A stretch of 64,000 bases of DNA from Lama glama (taxonomy: Eukaryota), in the NCBI GenBank assembly GCA_028534125.1, contig CM052818.1:41790001-41854000 (forward strand), in the 5' to 3' direction. The position numbers and the translations under genes are program-made. The first letter of the stretch is position 1, and each line of letters starts with the position of its first letter. This document shows positions 1 through 13,048 of this stretch, piece by piece. A model generated the notes under the pieces. It was given only the letters and a program-made list of their open reading frames with translations. It had not been told where the DNA came from and ran no database searches.

Positions 1-619
1 GAGATTCGCTCACCCAAGAATTGGGTGCCGTCTCCAAATGCTGGGCCAACCAACCCACCTCCTCCAGCCCCTTCTGCCGAGCGTTCCTCCAGCTAATAAA
101 ACCCTGGTCGTCCAGCTGGGGGTTAATATTTACTCAGTATAAACCATCCTGTAGTTAAAGGCTGAAGGCCACACTAAAGATAAAACATTAAAAAGGAAGT
201 CTTACCTCCTGGGTCAGTGTCACGGTTTTCTGGGAGAAGAATGCGACTCTGGGTGGATTTTGATCACGAGGAGTGTTACCCGGAGGACGGGCGAGACACC
301 TCTGGGAATGAAAAGGGATGTTTAGCTCTACTTCCAGATCCATCAGGAGCTGATACTGCAGAGGTGCTTTTTTTATTCCCTTCTAGACTTCAGTTTCCAC
401 GGGGGTGGCGGTCTCCACCCGGAAACTGTGAGCAACAAATGAAACGGGTTCTGCTAAGATTTCCAAAACCTGAGAAACACTGTATGATGTGCTGTGGTTA
501 TGGATCATTTAGCCAAGAATTTTTTGGCTTTTTTTTTTTCACTTCAGTGTGATGATAAGGGACTCCCAATTGAAATAACTGTAACCTTATTTAACATTTT
601 AATAGCAAACACTGAGATG

Positions 620-960
620 TCATCAAACCCGTCATATTTTCTGAAGATGGCCACATCAGTGCCTCTCCCGTCCCACGGACTCTCCCAACCCTGGAGTGAT
701 AACATTCCTCATTGAGACTTGGGGTCCGGGCTCCCTCCACTCAGATCCACGTGGAACTTTGTAACTGCCTCCAGTGATGGAGTCTGGAGGAAATGAGGCC
801 AAGTGACTTCCGAAGCCAGGTCACAAGAGATAATAGAGTTTCCACCTGACTGTCTCTTGGGACTTGGACCTTTGGAGTCCTGAATTGCTGAGTACGCAGC
901 CAGGCCACCCTGAAGTCATGGTTCTGGAAGGACCACGAGGAGACAGAGAGGATGCCCTGC
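620..960 (+). mobile_element. Old MaLR LTR fragment (MLT1G/H-like)
   Basis: Blocks such as aagtgacttccgaagccaggtcacaagaga and ccaggccaccctgaagtcatgg resemble the MLT1 LTR consensus; heavily diverged, boundaries approximate. Confidence 0.55.
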
Positions 961-1404
961 TAGCCCCCCGCTGCTACTGCTCGTTACCCCTATGTGGTGA
1001 AATAATCATTTCATTCTTTGATTTATTTTATTCTTTCTGCTTATCTGCATTGTAAGGTTTCTATAGCAAACATGTATTATTTTTTTCAAAATAAGTTAGT
1101 TTTTTTAGAAAATTCCATTCATGTCTCCATCTTCTCAAAGCATCACCAAGCCTCGGCTAATCTCTTCACCAAATTCCAACAACTCACTCTTTGCACAGCT
1201 CAGCAAAATAACCACCTGTCCCAGAATCACGACAAGTTTATACTGGTGGACGGACACCAGCACCCACCATGCTCCTCGGTCTACATGAGTGGGTCCAATG
1301 TATGTGTTTCCCGTGGTTACAGCCACCAGCCAGCCGCCCCAGGGATGGTGCAAGACTTCCTGAGGCCTAAGCACTTTGTTTTCAACCATGGGAGAGTGAA
1401 ACTT

Positions 1405-1640
1405 TTCACATTCATTCATCAAATATTGATTAAGCCCTGCGTGTGCCAAGCACAGGGCTGGATGCTAGGGATACGTCTGTGAGCTGATTCAAGTTCTGTC
1501 TTCATGCTATGAAAAATACACGTGAAGCCGTGACCTGAATGCAGTGTGAGTGCACTGAGAGGGGACATCCCGGAGGCAGAAACAGAGAGGGTGCGCCTGG
1601 CCAGATGTGGAAATTCAGGAAGGCTGCCCTTAACAGGGGA
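1405..1640 (-). mobile_element. LINE-2 3' fragment
   Basis: ttcattcatcaaatattgattaagccctgcgtgtgccaagcac is the reverse complement of the L2 3' terminus with its (GAAT)n tail. Confidence 0.65.
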
Positions 1641-1689
1641 TATAATCGTGGGATAATAAGGAATCCCAGTGTCACAAGGTGCTGGGAGG

Positions 1690-2062
1690 TGTGATACAGA
1701 CCAACTGTTTATGTCCTCCCAGAAGTCTTCTGCTGAAATCCTAACCCCTAGTGTGATGGCACTAGGGGGCGGGGTCTTTGGGGTGATTAAGTCACAAGGG
1801 TGGAGCCCTCGTGAATGGAATTAGTGCCCTGTAAAAGAGACCGCAGAGAGATCCCTTCCTTTGTTTCTACCATCTGGGGACACAGCACGAAGACAGCCAG
1901 CTGGGCTGTCTAAGACCTGGGAAGCTGGTTCTCTCCAGACACCAATCTGCCAGTGCCTTGTTTTTTATTATCCCGGCCTCTAGAACTGAGAAAAATAAAT
2001 GTTTGTTGCTTAAGTTCCCCAGATTTATGACATTTTAAGATAACAGCCAAAACAGACTAAGA
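1690..2062 (+). mobile_element. MaLR solo LTR (MLT1A/A0-like)
   Basis: Starts TG; contains gaaatcctaacccctagtgtgatgg, ggtggagccctcgtgaatggaattagtgccct, tagaactgagaaaaataaatgtttgttg and ends cagactaaga; ~370 bp, typical MLT1A size. Confidence 0.85.
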
Positions 2063-5000
2063 AATCAAATGAGATAATCCTTGTGAACACACTTAGCAAA
2101 ATGGAAATGCAGGATGTGGCACCAGCCCTGCCCCCCACGGCCTCTGGCTGCCTCTGTAACTGGCTGTGATTCTGATCGCCTGCGAGGCTGCTGTTTTTCA
2201 CGTTGGTGAGCACAGAAAACCTCAAACCGTGACCATGACCCGGGTCTTCACCATAGTCTCTTGTACTGCAGTCTACTGTTCACTAAAAGGCAGTGCAGAG
2301 AGAGAACTTCTTGCTCCGAGGCCAGTGGCCGAAGTCCAGGATGCTGCAGCAGACACGTCCCTCCTGCCAGCCCGGCCTGACCACGCTGCCGGCCAGGTGG
2401 GGCTGCTGAGACCAATGCCCTTAATTTGTTCTGACGTCCAGCCTGGGGGAGCCCCAGTCCTCCAGGGAGCTGGGAGGGCTTGTCACGTCCCCCCATCATC
2501 CACTGGAACCGAGAGCCAGAGCTCTGCCCTTTCCCTGCAGTTGCTGCCCCAGGGGCGTCACTCAGTATCCTGACCCCTCCTCTCAGCCCATATGTGTCCC
2601 CTCCACATGCCACAGCACATCATCACCAGGCAGGAGGCCTTCTCTCACAGGAAAGCCCTGCCACTCCCCCCCAGGGTGGTCCTGCCATGCGCCCCCGAGG
2701 GTCCTGGACAAGGAAGCCCACACTGGTCAGCCAAGCCCACTATCTCCTGCTCCCCACCAGCTGCCTCCCTCCCCAGCCATTTGTTCCACCAATTCTGACC
2801 ATTTGTTCCAGCCAGCCAGGCCCCAAATGGGACCCCATACCTCCTCGTTCACATTAACTCCTGCCAATCCTTTAAATCTCTGTTGAAGTGTTGCTTCCTC
2901 CAAGAAGCCCACCCAGAACTGCCAGCCTTCTGTCCCTGCTGAGACTCCACAGACACGCATCATGTACCCATCACACTGATCATAAGTGCTGGTACCCAGG
3001 TGGCCGACAGCATCGTCCCACCTTCCCCTCTTCTGTCTCCCACCACCCACCCAGGTGCATTAGGGGCTCATCTTTGGTAAAACAGAGACTGTGATTTGCT
3101 GGCAGAGATGTTGCTCAGTGAAAGTGGCCAGTCTTGGCAAGGGAAGCTCTGTCTGTTTTGGAGATACTCAGCCTCGAAGGCCACGGCCTCTCCCAGGCGG
3201 GGACAGGTGTTCGGATCACATCCTGCTTGATCTTCGGGGCTTGCTGAGAGAAGCCTGGACCCTTGAGGGAGGAGCAGGAGGGGAAAGACCAAGAGATTCA
3301 TCTGCACATGGTGACTCTCCCAAAGCAACAGAACCTGGCTCTGCTGGGAGAAAGGGCAGCAGCTCCCAAAAGTGCCCAGGCGAACCGACCCACGCAAGAA
3401 CTCAGGAATTCCCCCAAATTCTGATTCTGTGGCCAAAAAACTTTGGGAAATGATTGTTTGAGCCAAATTCTTTTCTGCAGACTCCTCTGAGCTCTCGGGA
3501 GAACAGGTGCTTTGCAAATCTCCAAGAGATGAAATGAGTGCGACTACTAACCATGTGACCCCAGACACAGTGTCTGTTCTTGAGGAACACCTCTTGACAT
3601 CTCCCAGAATCAGCATTTCAGAGAACACACTTCGGGAAATGCTGCCCTGGGAGTATTTGTGAATTTGAAAGTCTCTAATGGACCATGTATCCTACTATCT
3701 AAATCTCTGGGAAGATTTTATTGGTATTTTTCAATACATCATACAGTGCCTTCTTTTACTGAGGCAGCTTTGTTTCTTGCTGAGGATGAAAACCCTGTAT
3801 GTATTTCCCTCATTACTGTGGCTACTAGGAAGCTCAGAATTGAGTCAAGGCCCACATCCAGCTACTGCCCAGACCCTCGGGGCAAATTTTGTCTTCTAAC
3901 CTTTTCTCTGTTATCGTTTCATGTCTTCTATCTTCATTTTGTCTTAGCCTTGATTCTTTTATTCGTGGCAAATCTGTTTTACTGGTGTGTCAAAACCCTT
4001 CTAAACATGAGGCAAGGTGTACATCAATGAATGTACCCAGTTCAATATTGTCAGCAACAATGATAACAAAGAACACTTTCATTCCAAACAATAGGTGAAT
4101 CTCCCATCGATATAAAATAAGCATTAGAACTTTTCTGATGAGAAGAAGAGGGCTTGAAGTGCGTTTCCTTCTGGGCTTAATTTTCACTTTTAACCCTTCA
4201 CTCTACTCTTCAAAGTCAGAAGAAATGTCCTCTTTCCTCCCCCACGCTCTTTAAGAGACTGAAACAAAACCACCCCCAAGATGAAACCGATTAGGTTAAT
4301 GACACAGAGAAGACCGTCTGTGTCCACCCTCTCAGCTCCCCAACAACAGGCTTTTGTGCTCGGGAGAGAGCCGGGGGGCTGCGGACGCTTGGTAAGTTGT
4401 ATCCATCAGGCGGGGCCTGGCGGGTCACACTCCAGCCTTCGAAGACCCCGTGCGCTGGGTTCTCAGCCAGCGCCCCCACCGCTGGCGAGCCCTGCCTGCC
4501 CGACACAGACAGCCTTCTGAGGACCCGAGGAGGGGTCGAGTCCTCAGCCGGCCTGAGCCTATCTGAATCTTCTTCCTCTCGACAAACTCAGTTTAATCCT
4601 CTTCCCTTCTGACGCCTTGACAGTGACGGGACCCTCTTGTGTAGTAGCTCTCCTCCCGTCCCTGTGCTGGAGTTGCACGTCATCTCCCCAAGAGCCCCTT
4701 CATCCATCTCTCTGGACAACCGCCATGTCCTTCCTCTCAGCGTTTCTGCGTGGACGTAGCCTTGGAGCTGACACCTGGCTGAAGCCTGTATCCGGTTCTG
4801 GTTCTCCTTGGAGACCACGAGCCGCAGGGAGGCCAGGGGACAGAGTGTCTCTGCCCCCTTTCCCTCGAAAACCTGAAAGGCACTCCTTGCAAGGGAGCCA
4901 GGGATCTAAACAAAGCCACAGACATGCCGAAAGCCGGGGAGGGGCTCCCCGAGACCTGGAGGCCAGTGGAAATCGCCTGAGTTACTCGTTCCCTCCCGGA

Positions 5001-6914
5001 GTCTGTCAGGGCCCCGTGTGTCCCCCCAGCATTAATTCCCTTGTCTGTGTGTCCCAGCCGGTGTCAGAGCTTGGGGACAGGAACCCACGGGACCCAACAT
5101 TGAACCTGTGTCTATACCAGGGCTGGCCTCTGCGTATGACGTCAACAGAGTCAAAGGAAAGAAAAGGGGTGGAAAAGGGAGTAAAAAGTGGAAGGAAATG
5201 TATACTTTAATTTAAAAATAATAATTAAAAACAAAGTGAGGGGACAAGAGGAGCGAGAGTGGGGCCTTCGGGGCTGGGGCAATCAGACCCCTCATTCCTC
5301 ATCTCCTCAAAGCTTCACATGACCCCCAGAGTTTAGATGTTCTCACTAACCCCCCTCGGTGATGAGAAAATAGGCTCAGGTAGGAAGTAACTAGTTAAGA
5401 TTTGGACCAACCTCCAGCCACCTCTTTGGCGCCACCCAGGCCAGCCGGGGAATTCTGACTTCATCCCAGACGCAGCAGACCTTGCCATCTTTTTGAGGAT
5501 TTGTGAGTTGAGTGTGCAAAGCGATGTTAAAATCGGAGCAGGGCATGGAATTCCCAGCTTGCGGCCACCGTCCAAACTGGGTGTAAAAGACTTGCTTTGA
5601 GAGAGAGCATGTTTGTTGGGCACTTTGAGAAATCACAGGTCCAAAAACCACAGGCTTCCCCCGTCCTCCTCTGTGAACCACCCACAGCGACGTGGTCTTC
5701 TAGAGCATCCGGACTTCATTCCTTGGGAGTCCGCAGGTCTCCTGGGGGAAGTCGGGCCTCTGGCCAGGTCAGCTCATTTCACTATAACCAACGAGGCCTC
5801 TCGAGGCAGCCGTGGGCACAGACCCCAGCCCGGACCCCCGGGCACTAGCACCTAGCTGGGCAGTTGGAGCAGAAAGAAAGCGCTCACGGGCTCACCATGT
5901 GCATCGAGAGGTTTCCGGGAGGCCTGTGAAAGTGTGGCCCATCTTTGGTTGTTAAAACTGTGAAGAGACTTATTTGTGGCTGTCCCATCAAAGTGGGGGT
6001 CTGCTCCAGGGAAAAGTATATCTTTGTAGGGGATCAACTGGTTCCTCTGTATGGCTTACTTTGCTTACAAGCAAAAAGAAAAAAAAAGGGTCCTTTAAAC
6101 ATTTGAAATGATTAGATCGGCATACTTTGTGTTCTTAAAAAACAAAAATGAAAAACATGAGATTTTATGGGCCATGTTACATTTTTAATGGGTGCGTACC
6201 CCAGGTTCATACTTTTAATTAGAAAATGGCGAACAGCTGGTTGATGAAGGCTTAGACCTAAGAATAAGACCCACTGTGTGCACGAGGTCCGTGATTTGCA
6301 AAGTGCTTCGTGTCGTGAGACTACGTGTCACTGTAAAATGCTGAGATTAAATGTCACCGTGTGTATTTTTTTAACCATACTTCGTTCCAAAAATGATTGA
6401 GGGGGCCGGCAGGTGTGCTTCTAGAAGACCCAGGTACAGGGCCTTGTGGAGTTTGAGTGCTGTTACAGATGGAGCCAGAGCACTTGAGCACTTGGATTCC
6501 TGACTCTTTTCCTGAACGTAGCCATTGGCATCACCATTCTGCAGTTACCTTAAGCCAGGCCTGGGACATCAGCCTGTCCTTACACTTCTGGGGCCCTTGC
6601 CGGAGCGTGCAGGACCAGAACCGTTAGCTCATCTGCAGCCTGGTGTTCTGGAAGAAGCACTGAACTGGAGGACAGAGACAGTTTACCGTCACCTCTTCTG
6701 CCGCCTCCCTGTGCGATGTGTTTGGACACGTCTCTGTCCTCTGTAAGGCTTCTCGTGTGGAGAGACGAGTTCCTGCCACGCCGAGTTCTCAGCACCACGC
6801 TGCAGGTGCGGCGTGATGACGTGTATGAAGTTAGAGGCAACACCACTGACGTTGCTGTATTATTATCATGGACCTGGCTGGTAGGAGGCCCGGGTACCCG
6901 CTGCTCTATTTCTT

Positions 6915-6995
6915 GCTGTGAAATCTTGGACAAGTAACTTCTTCTCTCTCAACCTCAAAGTTCACATCTTTACAACGAAGGTGAGAACTAGCTAT
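6915..6995 (+). mobile_element. MIR core fragment
   Basis: gctgtgaaatcttggacaagtaactt...cctcaaagttcacatctttacaa resembles the MIR core. Confidence 0.55.
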
Positions 6996-8707
6996 TCTTT
7001 GTCAGTGTGTCTTAAATTTTAGTTACCAATCAAGGGATAAGGAGTTCACACTGGAATACAAATCAATATCCTGTTTCCTTCACTGAGGAAGTCTTGCTAT
7101 GAAAAGAAAAAAAATAGCAGCTGAACTAAACAGCACGCTGAGTGAGTTAGCTGACAATGTTAGCCCTTCCATGCATAAATGATGATTCCAATGACATTCT
7201 TATCTGCCTTGCAAGATAAACGAGAACTTAGGAAATGGACTCAGTTCGGAATTATTGATATCCAGATGGGGCCACTGTCTCTTCTCATCACTCAGCAGTT
7301 CTTTACAGAGGACCTACTATAGTCCAGAAATGCCCCAAGTCCACACAGGGGTCCCTGGCTAGGCGAGGAGATAACACGTGAGCCAAGGACTTATCAAGAA
7401 CCGACCAGAACCATCGCTGAAAGACAGGCACCGAGAAGTCCTGGACAGAGCCCATCTGCAGAGGAGTCGTGGAGAGACAGTCACTGAAACAGGGCAAATG
7501 GGGAGGGCTTTCTGGAGGAGGTGACATTTGCACCAGCGTTCTTAAGGTTAACCTACATTCAGTGAAATTGGAAGGGGTCCAGAAACGCAGTGCCTCAGAC
7601 GCATTTTCCTTGTGCTCATTTTTCAGGAGTTAGAAGTGGGTTCTGGGCTCACTTGTGGAATAGGGGCCAACTCTCTCAGGCCAGGTCCCTGTTAACACCT
7701 TGGTACGCTTGTCTATCTATAGACAACAGCGTTTACGCAGGAGGGACCCAATAGCTTATTTAAGTGATGGTTCTGCCTCATCAGCCTCACTCTTCGGCTG
7801 GACCTCAGGTCTGCTCTTGAGACAAAAACCTGTGTGATGTCACCTGCCTTCGCTGCCTTCAATTTGTTTTGACAACTGGAAAGTTAGGCAGGTCACAACT
7901 GGGCCTCTTGTCCATTTTCCACACTTCACTGAAAAGAATGAGAAATTGTTACTGCAAATATATAGGTCCCTCTGCTGGGAAACTCTCTTCTCCCCTCTAG
8001 TTCCAAATGTTGAATTGGGGGAGGTCTGTCATATTTTGAATCAGCTGATGATCGTTGGCTACGGCTGTGTCTGTCTACATGGAATCCTGTTTTTTCTCTT
8101 GATTCAGGGCATGCACTTTCTGTGTCTCTAAATTTCTTTCCATCAGTCTTTCTTTTTACATCTCTGTCTGTCTTCTTTGGCAGACTGTCTTTCTTTCTTT
8201 CTTTTTTTCAATCTGTATGATTTTTCCATGTAATCCATTGGCCATGTGATTGTTCAAATTTAACTTCCAACTTTCAACTCACTGTGCGTGGATTGCTTTT
8301 ACCCCCGCCCTGTCTAGAAAGGAAATATTCCCATGGGAAAAGATAAGTGTGAAACAAGGGTGGCTAGGGTCCTATCTTTGAGGTGTCCGGAGTCATACAA
8401 AGAACTTTTTAATGAATTGTTTTTTCCTCAAAAAAGGAAGACATGTGTCGTGTCTCCCCCAGAGGGTTCGGAATTCTTGGCTGAGGAGGATAGAAAAAGA
8501 ATGCTTCCAACCCCTCCCCCTTCAAGTCCTAAGTCTTTGAAAGCTCTCCCAGGATAAAACAACGTTTCCTTATAAATTTTGTAATCAGAATTCTGGCCCT
8601 CTCGCACGTAAGACAATCTGAGCTTACCAAGGGAGTGAATCGCCTTGGGTTTTCGGGGGCCATTCTAGAATCCTGGGGAAGGGCTCCCTTTATTCCTGGC
8701 CCGCCTT

Positions 8708-8730
8708 TGATGACATGTGACCTTTGACCC
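8708..8730 (-). promoter_or_regulatory. Nuclear-receptor DR1-type element, copy 1
   Basis: TGACCTTTGACCC at 8718-8730 (reverse complement GGGTCA-A-AGGTCA) preceded by a third degenerate half-site TGACAT. Motif match only. Confidence 0.35.
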
Positions 8731-11269
8731 TGATCAATGCATCCTCCTCCCAGAGCAGCAGAAAGGAGAGTGGCTCTCTCAGCGCCCAGAGGAAGAGCGG
8801 GCAGGGAGGCCCTGACCTCCCGCCCTGCCCCTAACCTCACTGATAATTGAGTTTTCCATCCGTGCTCACCAGCAGGCCCTGAACACAAAGAAACAAGCCC
8901 CTCCTGATTCTGTCTTTGCCCAGATGAAACCACGAGCCGAATCTGTTCAGCTCACACCAGCATCCGGCACCGGAACATACACCAGAGGCCCCGTATCTGG
9001 GAGCCCCGCTCCCCATTGCATCCAGGGCCTCCCGGCACCTCCCACGTCCCCGTCCCCACAGGCTGCTGAAGCGTCTGTTCCTCCTAACGCAGCACCGGGA
9101 GGGGGGCCGGGCCCCCCGAGAGATGTTCACCCCGAGTGGCCACTTAGAAAACACAGCCCCCCAAGTGTCCTTCTGCCAAAGCATGTTTGCCAGGCTTTTC
9201 TTAAGTGCTAGAAACTGAACGTCAGAGAACTTAAAAGGAACTTTCTCTGGCTTACCTTCGGTATTTGTAACATTTCTCATTTTAGCATGAAGTAGGTGAT
9301 AGATAAGCCCCTTAAAGCCTTTCCACTCTGAGTCTGCCCTCCTCCTGCAGGAATGGATGGCCCGAATCAAGCCCACAGCCCGCTGCTGAAGGAGCAAGTC
9401 CATGGCCAGGCTACTGCTTGGGGATCACGTGGGACTGCAGTCCACGGGAAGGCCTAGGAGATGCCCGTCCCGACCTCAGAGGATGCTTGCTGAGTTGTAT
9501 TATGAATAATAATAATAATATAATTCATGGGATGGTCCCCTCCCTTGTAATTTACATTACCTCCTCTGCCCTTCACACCCTGCTTCAAGGTAACTATATT
9601 TTGTCCCAAGAAACCAAAGGGGAGAAGACTTGTCCAAGGTCACTCAAGCTCTGAAGAGGTGGAGCTGAGACCTGGAGTGAAGCTATCAGACTCTGTAGCC
9701 CATGAACTTTCTGGAGCCTCTGGCTGCTTCAGGAGAACACTCCCAGAATACAGAAGGAAGGAGGAGGCCTCCAAGGTTTGATAAACCCCCAAGAAAACAT
9801 AAAAGCATGGACAGAACTGCAGTTGCCAGGGGGAGAGGTAGAGGCTGGACTTCAGAGGATGGAGGGGGAGCAGCGGCTGCAGCATTTCAGGAGTGTGGGG
9901 CCTCCTTGGAGAGGAAGGTCCTCCTCAGAGCTTGAAGGACAGAGCAGCAGGAAGAGATGGGCAGCGGGAAACAGGAAAGGTGCTTCAGCAGAGGAATCTG
10001 TCTGAGGAGAGCCTCCAAGAGGCAAGTCTGCTCAGAGACAGCGGCAGTGACAGTGGCAAGGCTGGTCCATGGATGCTCACAGACAGGCAGCCCCTGATGG
10101 GAAAGAGCTTGGAGAGAGAGTGAGGGGCCAGACATGTAGGGCTTTGACATTCAGCTAGGAGTTAAGGCTGTCTTCCAGAGTCTCCCAGAGTACCTACTGT
10201 ATGGATGTAATATGTGTGCCTCTCTAACATTCAGGACAGTCTCCCAACTAGAAACTGAAAAGTAGAATAGAAAATCTCAGCCAAAGCTCTGCCTGTTGCC
10301 TGGACCTGCAGGAGGCATCTTCCCGAAGCTTCCCACCCATGGCCATAAAACACTCCTTGCTACTCACCATAATTTGCCATCTTATCCGGGGTTAGGAAGC
10401 TCCCGAGGTCCTTGCTAAGCCTCCAGCTTCCCAGGCCTCTCTGCTGGCCACTCAGATACAGAAGGTCCGCGAGGAACGTGAGAATCTAGATTTCACCAAG
10501 TGCCCTCGGGTGGTTATTAATCATAGACAAGCTTAAAAGGAAAAAACACAACCATAAAAATCACCCAGGACCCCAGGAAATAATAAAGCCAGTAGATATG
10601 GGGGGGGACACTAGGAATCTGGGTTTTGAACAAAAGCAGGGCCAGGATTAGGGCGAGGTGAGGCAGGTGGGCTGTCTTTATTTCAAGTTGGCTCTGTTGC
10701 TTAGCATGGATATTTCTGCACTGATTTCTGATGCGATATATCATGGTGACTGTTTCCCCCGCCCCTTAAATTTTGCATCCATGGGGAGTACTTCACTCTG
10801 CTCACCCTCGTCCTGCCCAAACAAAAGGTGCGGGTGGTCACTGGGATACAGTCTGAGTCTGAGCCACTCAGCATCCCCTTCCAAGTTGTTACCTGCCTCA
10901 TCGCCCTCCACTCGTCACACCCCCCAGCAGCCTCGGCCACAGGCACAGGCTATGCATCCCCATCCCCTGGTGCCCCGGTGACCCCCTGGCCTTTACACAT
11001 GCTGTTCCTCCTCCTGCAGCACCTTTGTTCCCTCTGGGATCCCCGCTCCACCTGGTCAGCTCCTCCTCCGGTGCCACCAACTGCCCCCTTCGTTGCACAG
11101 GAAGGGCCAGGAGCTCTGCCGCACGCTCTCTTACTTAAATCATCAGACTCCTGATGCCCCAGGGAGAATAGTTTCTCACACTTCTGTGTTTACTTTGCAC
11201 ACACCTCCAAGACAGGACTGTCTCGCCATCCCATGATTGCTGTGTCTCTGAGCCTCTTAAAGAAAAGGA

Positions 11270-11570
11270 AAATGTCTTACTCTAGATTCCTGCACACCTA
11301 GAATATACCCTGGCACCAAAGAAGATTTGATGAATGAATGAACGAATGAACGAGTGGAACTCAGCCCGGGAACAATGGGATGAGCACAGGCTTTGCTTTC
11401 ACATCACAAACCCGAGCTTTGTGCTCCAGACAGTGAGTCAGCATCTCCAGACCGTGTTTCCTTCATCTGTAACGTGGGACTGATAGGGCTGCGCTTGCAG
11501 GATTGTTGTGAAAATTAAAAGCAGTTTATCAAGTGCCGGGGACACAGTAACAGATGCTCCATAAATCTAA
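11270..11570 (+). mobile_element. L2 3' tail followed by MIR
   Basis: cctggcaccaaagaagatttgatgaatgaatgaacgaatg (L2 end), then gtttccttcatctgtaacgtgggactgatag...gattgttgtgaaaattaa (MIR). Confidence 0.6.
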
Positions 11571-11822
11571 GAAAAATAATAGGGATTATATGATAGATCC
11601 CCGCCCCTCTGAACCATTCTCTGATGCTCCCTGCTCTGGGAGGCCTGCCCGACAGCCCTCTGCGGCTGGCTGCTATGATTCTTGCCGTGAGGCGAAGCTT
11701 GGTTTGATGGGTGATTAAAGATGATCAGAGCTTAGGCGACGATGGTTTGCAGAAGCTAAAGCCAAATGTAGGAAAGAATGAGTATGGGTCTTTGTTCAAT
11801 TTAAAGCCCGTGGGGAGGGGAA

Positions 11823-11940
11823 GGGAGGGTGTAGCTCAAGTGGTAGAGCGCATGCTTAGCATACACCAGGTCCTGGGTTCAGTCCCCAGTATTTCCTCTA
11901 GAAATAAGTAAACTTAATTACCTCCTCTTGCCAAAAATAC
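11823..11940 (+). mobile_element. tRNA-Ala-derived camelid SINE (vic-1 type)
   Basis: gggagggtgtagctcaagtggtagagcgcatgcttagcat...ggtcctgggttcagtccccagta, then an A-rich linker and the taattacctcc block shared with other copies; no clear TSD. Confidence 0.9.
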
Positions 11941-12164
11941 ATGAATAATTTTCTTTTTAATTTTAAGAAATAAAATATAGTCCATTAATTCAACCCAAGT
12001 TTCAGGATCTCTGTCTGGCACTTTCCATGCCTGTGTGTAGTGGCATTCTCCTCGGGGCTGCTTCTAAATACTGTCACAGATAAGAGTGTCCTGAAGTCCC
12101 TTTCAGGCCTTAAGTGTCACAAAAAAAAATCTTAACTCTGGGGTAGATTTATCACAACGCTCCC

Positions 12165-12492
12165 TAGGTTAGTCGATTCGTTCTCTCTGGAGAAATGGAC
12201 CAATATGATGGAGAGAAAGAGAGAGAGAGATTTATTTTAAGGAATTGGCTCCCATGATTGTTGGAGCTGGTCTGTCTGAATTCTGCAGGGCAGGCCAGCA
12301 GGCTGGAGACCCGGGGAAGAGCTGACACTGCAGTCTTGATTCCAAAGGCCATCCTGAGATAATGCCTTCTTCTCTGGAAGACCTCAGTCTCTTAAGGCCT
12401 TCACCTGACTGAATGAGGCCCAACCCAACTGTGCGCTTTACTCACAGTCTACTGATCTCAGTGTTTCTCTCTGCTTAAAAATATCTTCTCAG
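12165..12492 (-). mobile_element. ERVL LTR (MLT2-family)
   Basis: gagatttattttaaggaattggctcccatgattg, gcaggccagcaggctggagaccc and aaggccttcacctgactgaatgaggccca are MLT2 hallmarks in reverse orientation. Confidence 0.8.
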
Positions 12493-13048
12493 GGGTTTCT
12501 CAAAAACCTAAAAACAGAACTATCATATGACCCCGCAATTCCCTTCTTAGAGGTGTGTGTTGTGTGTGTATCAGAAAAACCCCCAAAACACTAATTTGAA
12601 AAAACACATGCACCCCAATGTTCACAGCAGCATTACTTACAATAGCCAAGGTATGGAAGCAACCTAAGTGCCCATCAGCAGAGGAATGGATAAGGAGGAT
12701 GGGTTATAGACACACATACAATGGAATACTACTCAGCTGTAAAAAGAGTGAAATTTTGCCATTTGCAGCAACATGGATAGACTTGGAGGGCATTATGCTA
12801 AATGAAATAAGTCAGACAGAAAAAGACAAATACCATATGATACCACCGCTTATATGTGGAACCTAAAATATACAACAAACTAGTGAATAAAACAAAAAAG
12901 AAGCAGACTCACTGTTACAGAAAGCAAACTAGTGGTTCCCAGTGGGCAGAGGGAAGTGGGGCGGAGATAGAAAGACAGGGGTGAAGAAAGGGGTTATCAT
13001 GTGTGTGAAACTTTTGAAAACTGTAAAGCACCATAGAATTTAAGGATT
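12493..13048 (+). mobile_element. 5'-truncated LINE-1 (ORF2 C-terminus plus 3' UTR)
   Basis: ORF 12618-12866 reads MFTAALLTIAKVWKQPKCPS...EILPFAATWIDLEGIMLNEISQTEKDKYHMI, the conserved mammalian L1 ORF2 end; followed by a 3' UTR. Confidence 0.92.

Noticed and set aside
5137..5144. Full CRE palindrome TGACGTCA (also 63570-63577)
   Set aside because: Isolated 8-mers without promoter context; not enough evidence.
6788..6800. REST/RE1-like tcagcaccacg (also reversed near 51925)
   Set aside because: Only the left half-site matches; the GGACAG half is missing, and the second case lies in L2-like sequence.
12618..12866. 82-aa ORF with real protein similarity
   Set aside because: Remnant of LINE-1 ORF2 in a truncated copy, not a host gene.
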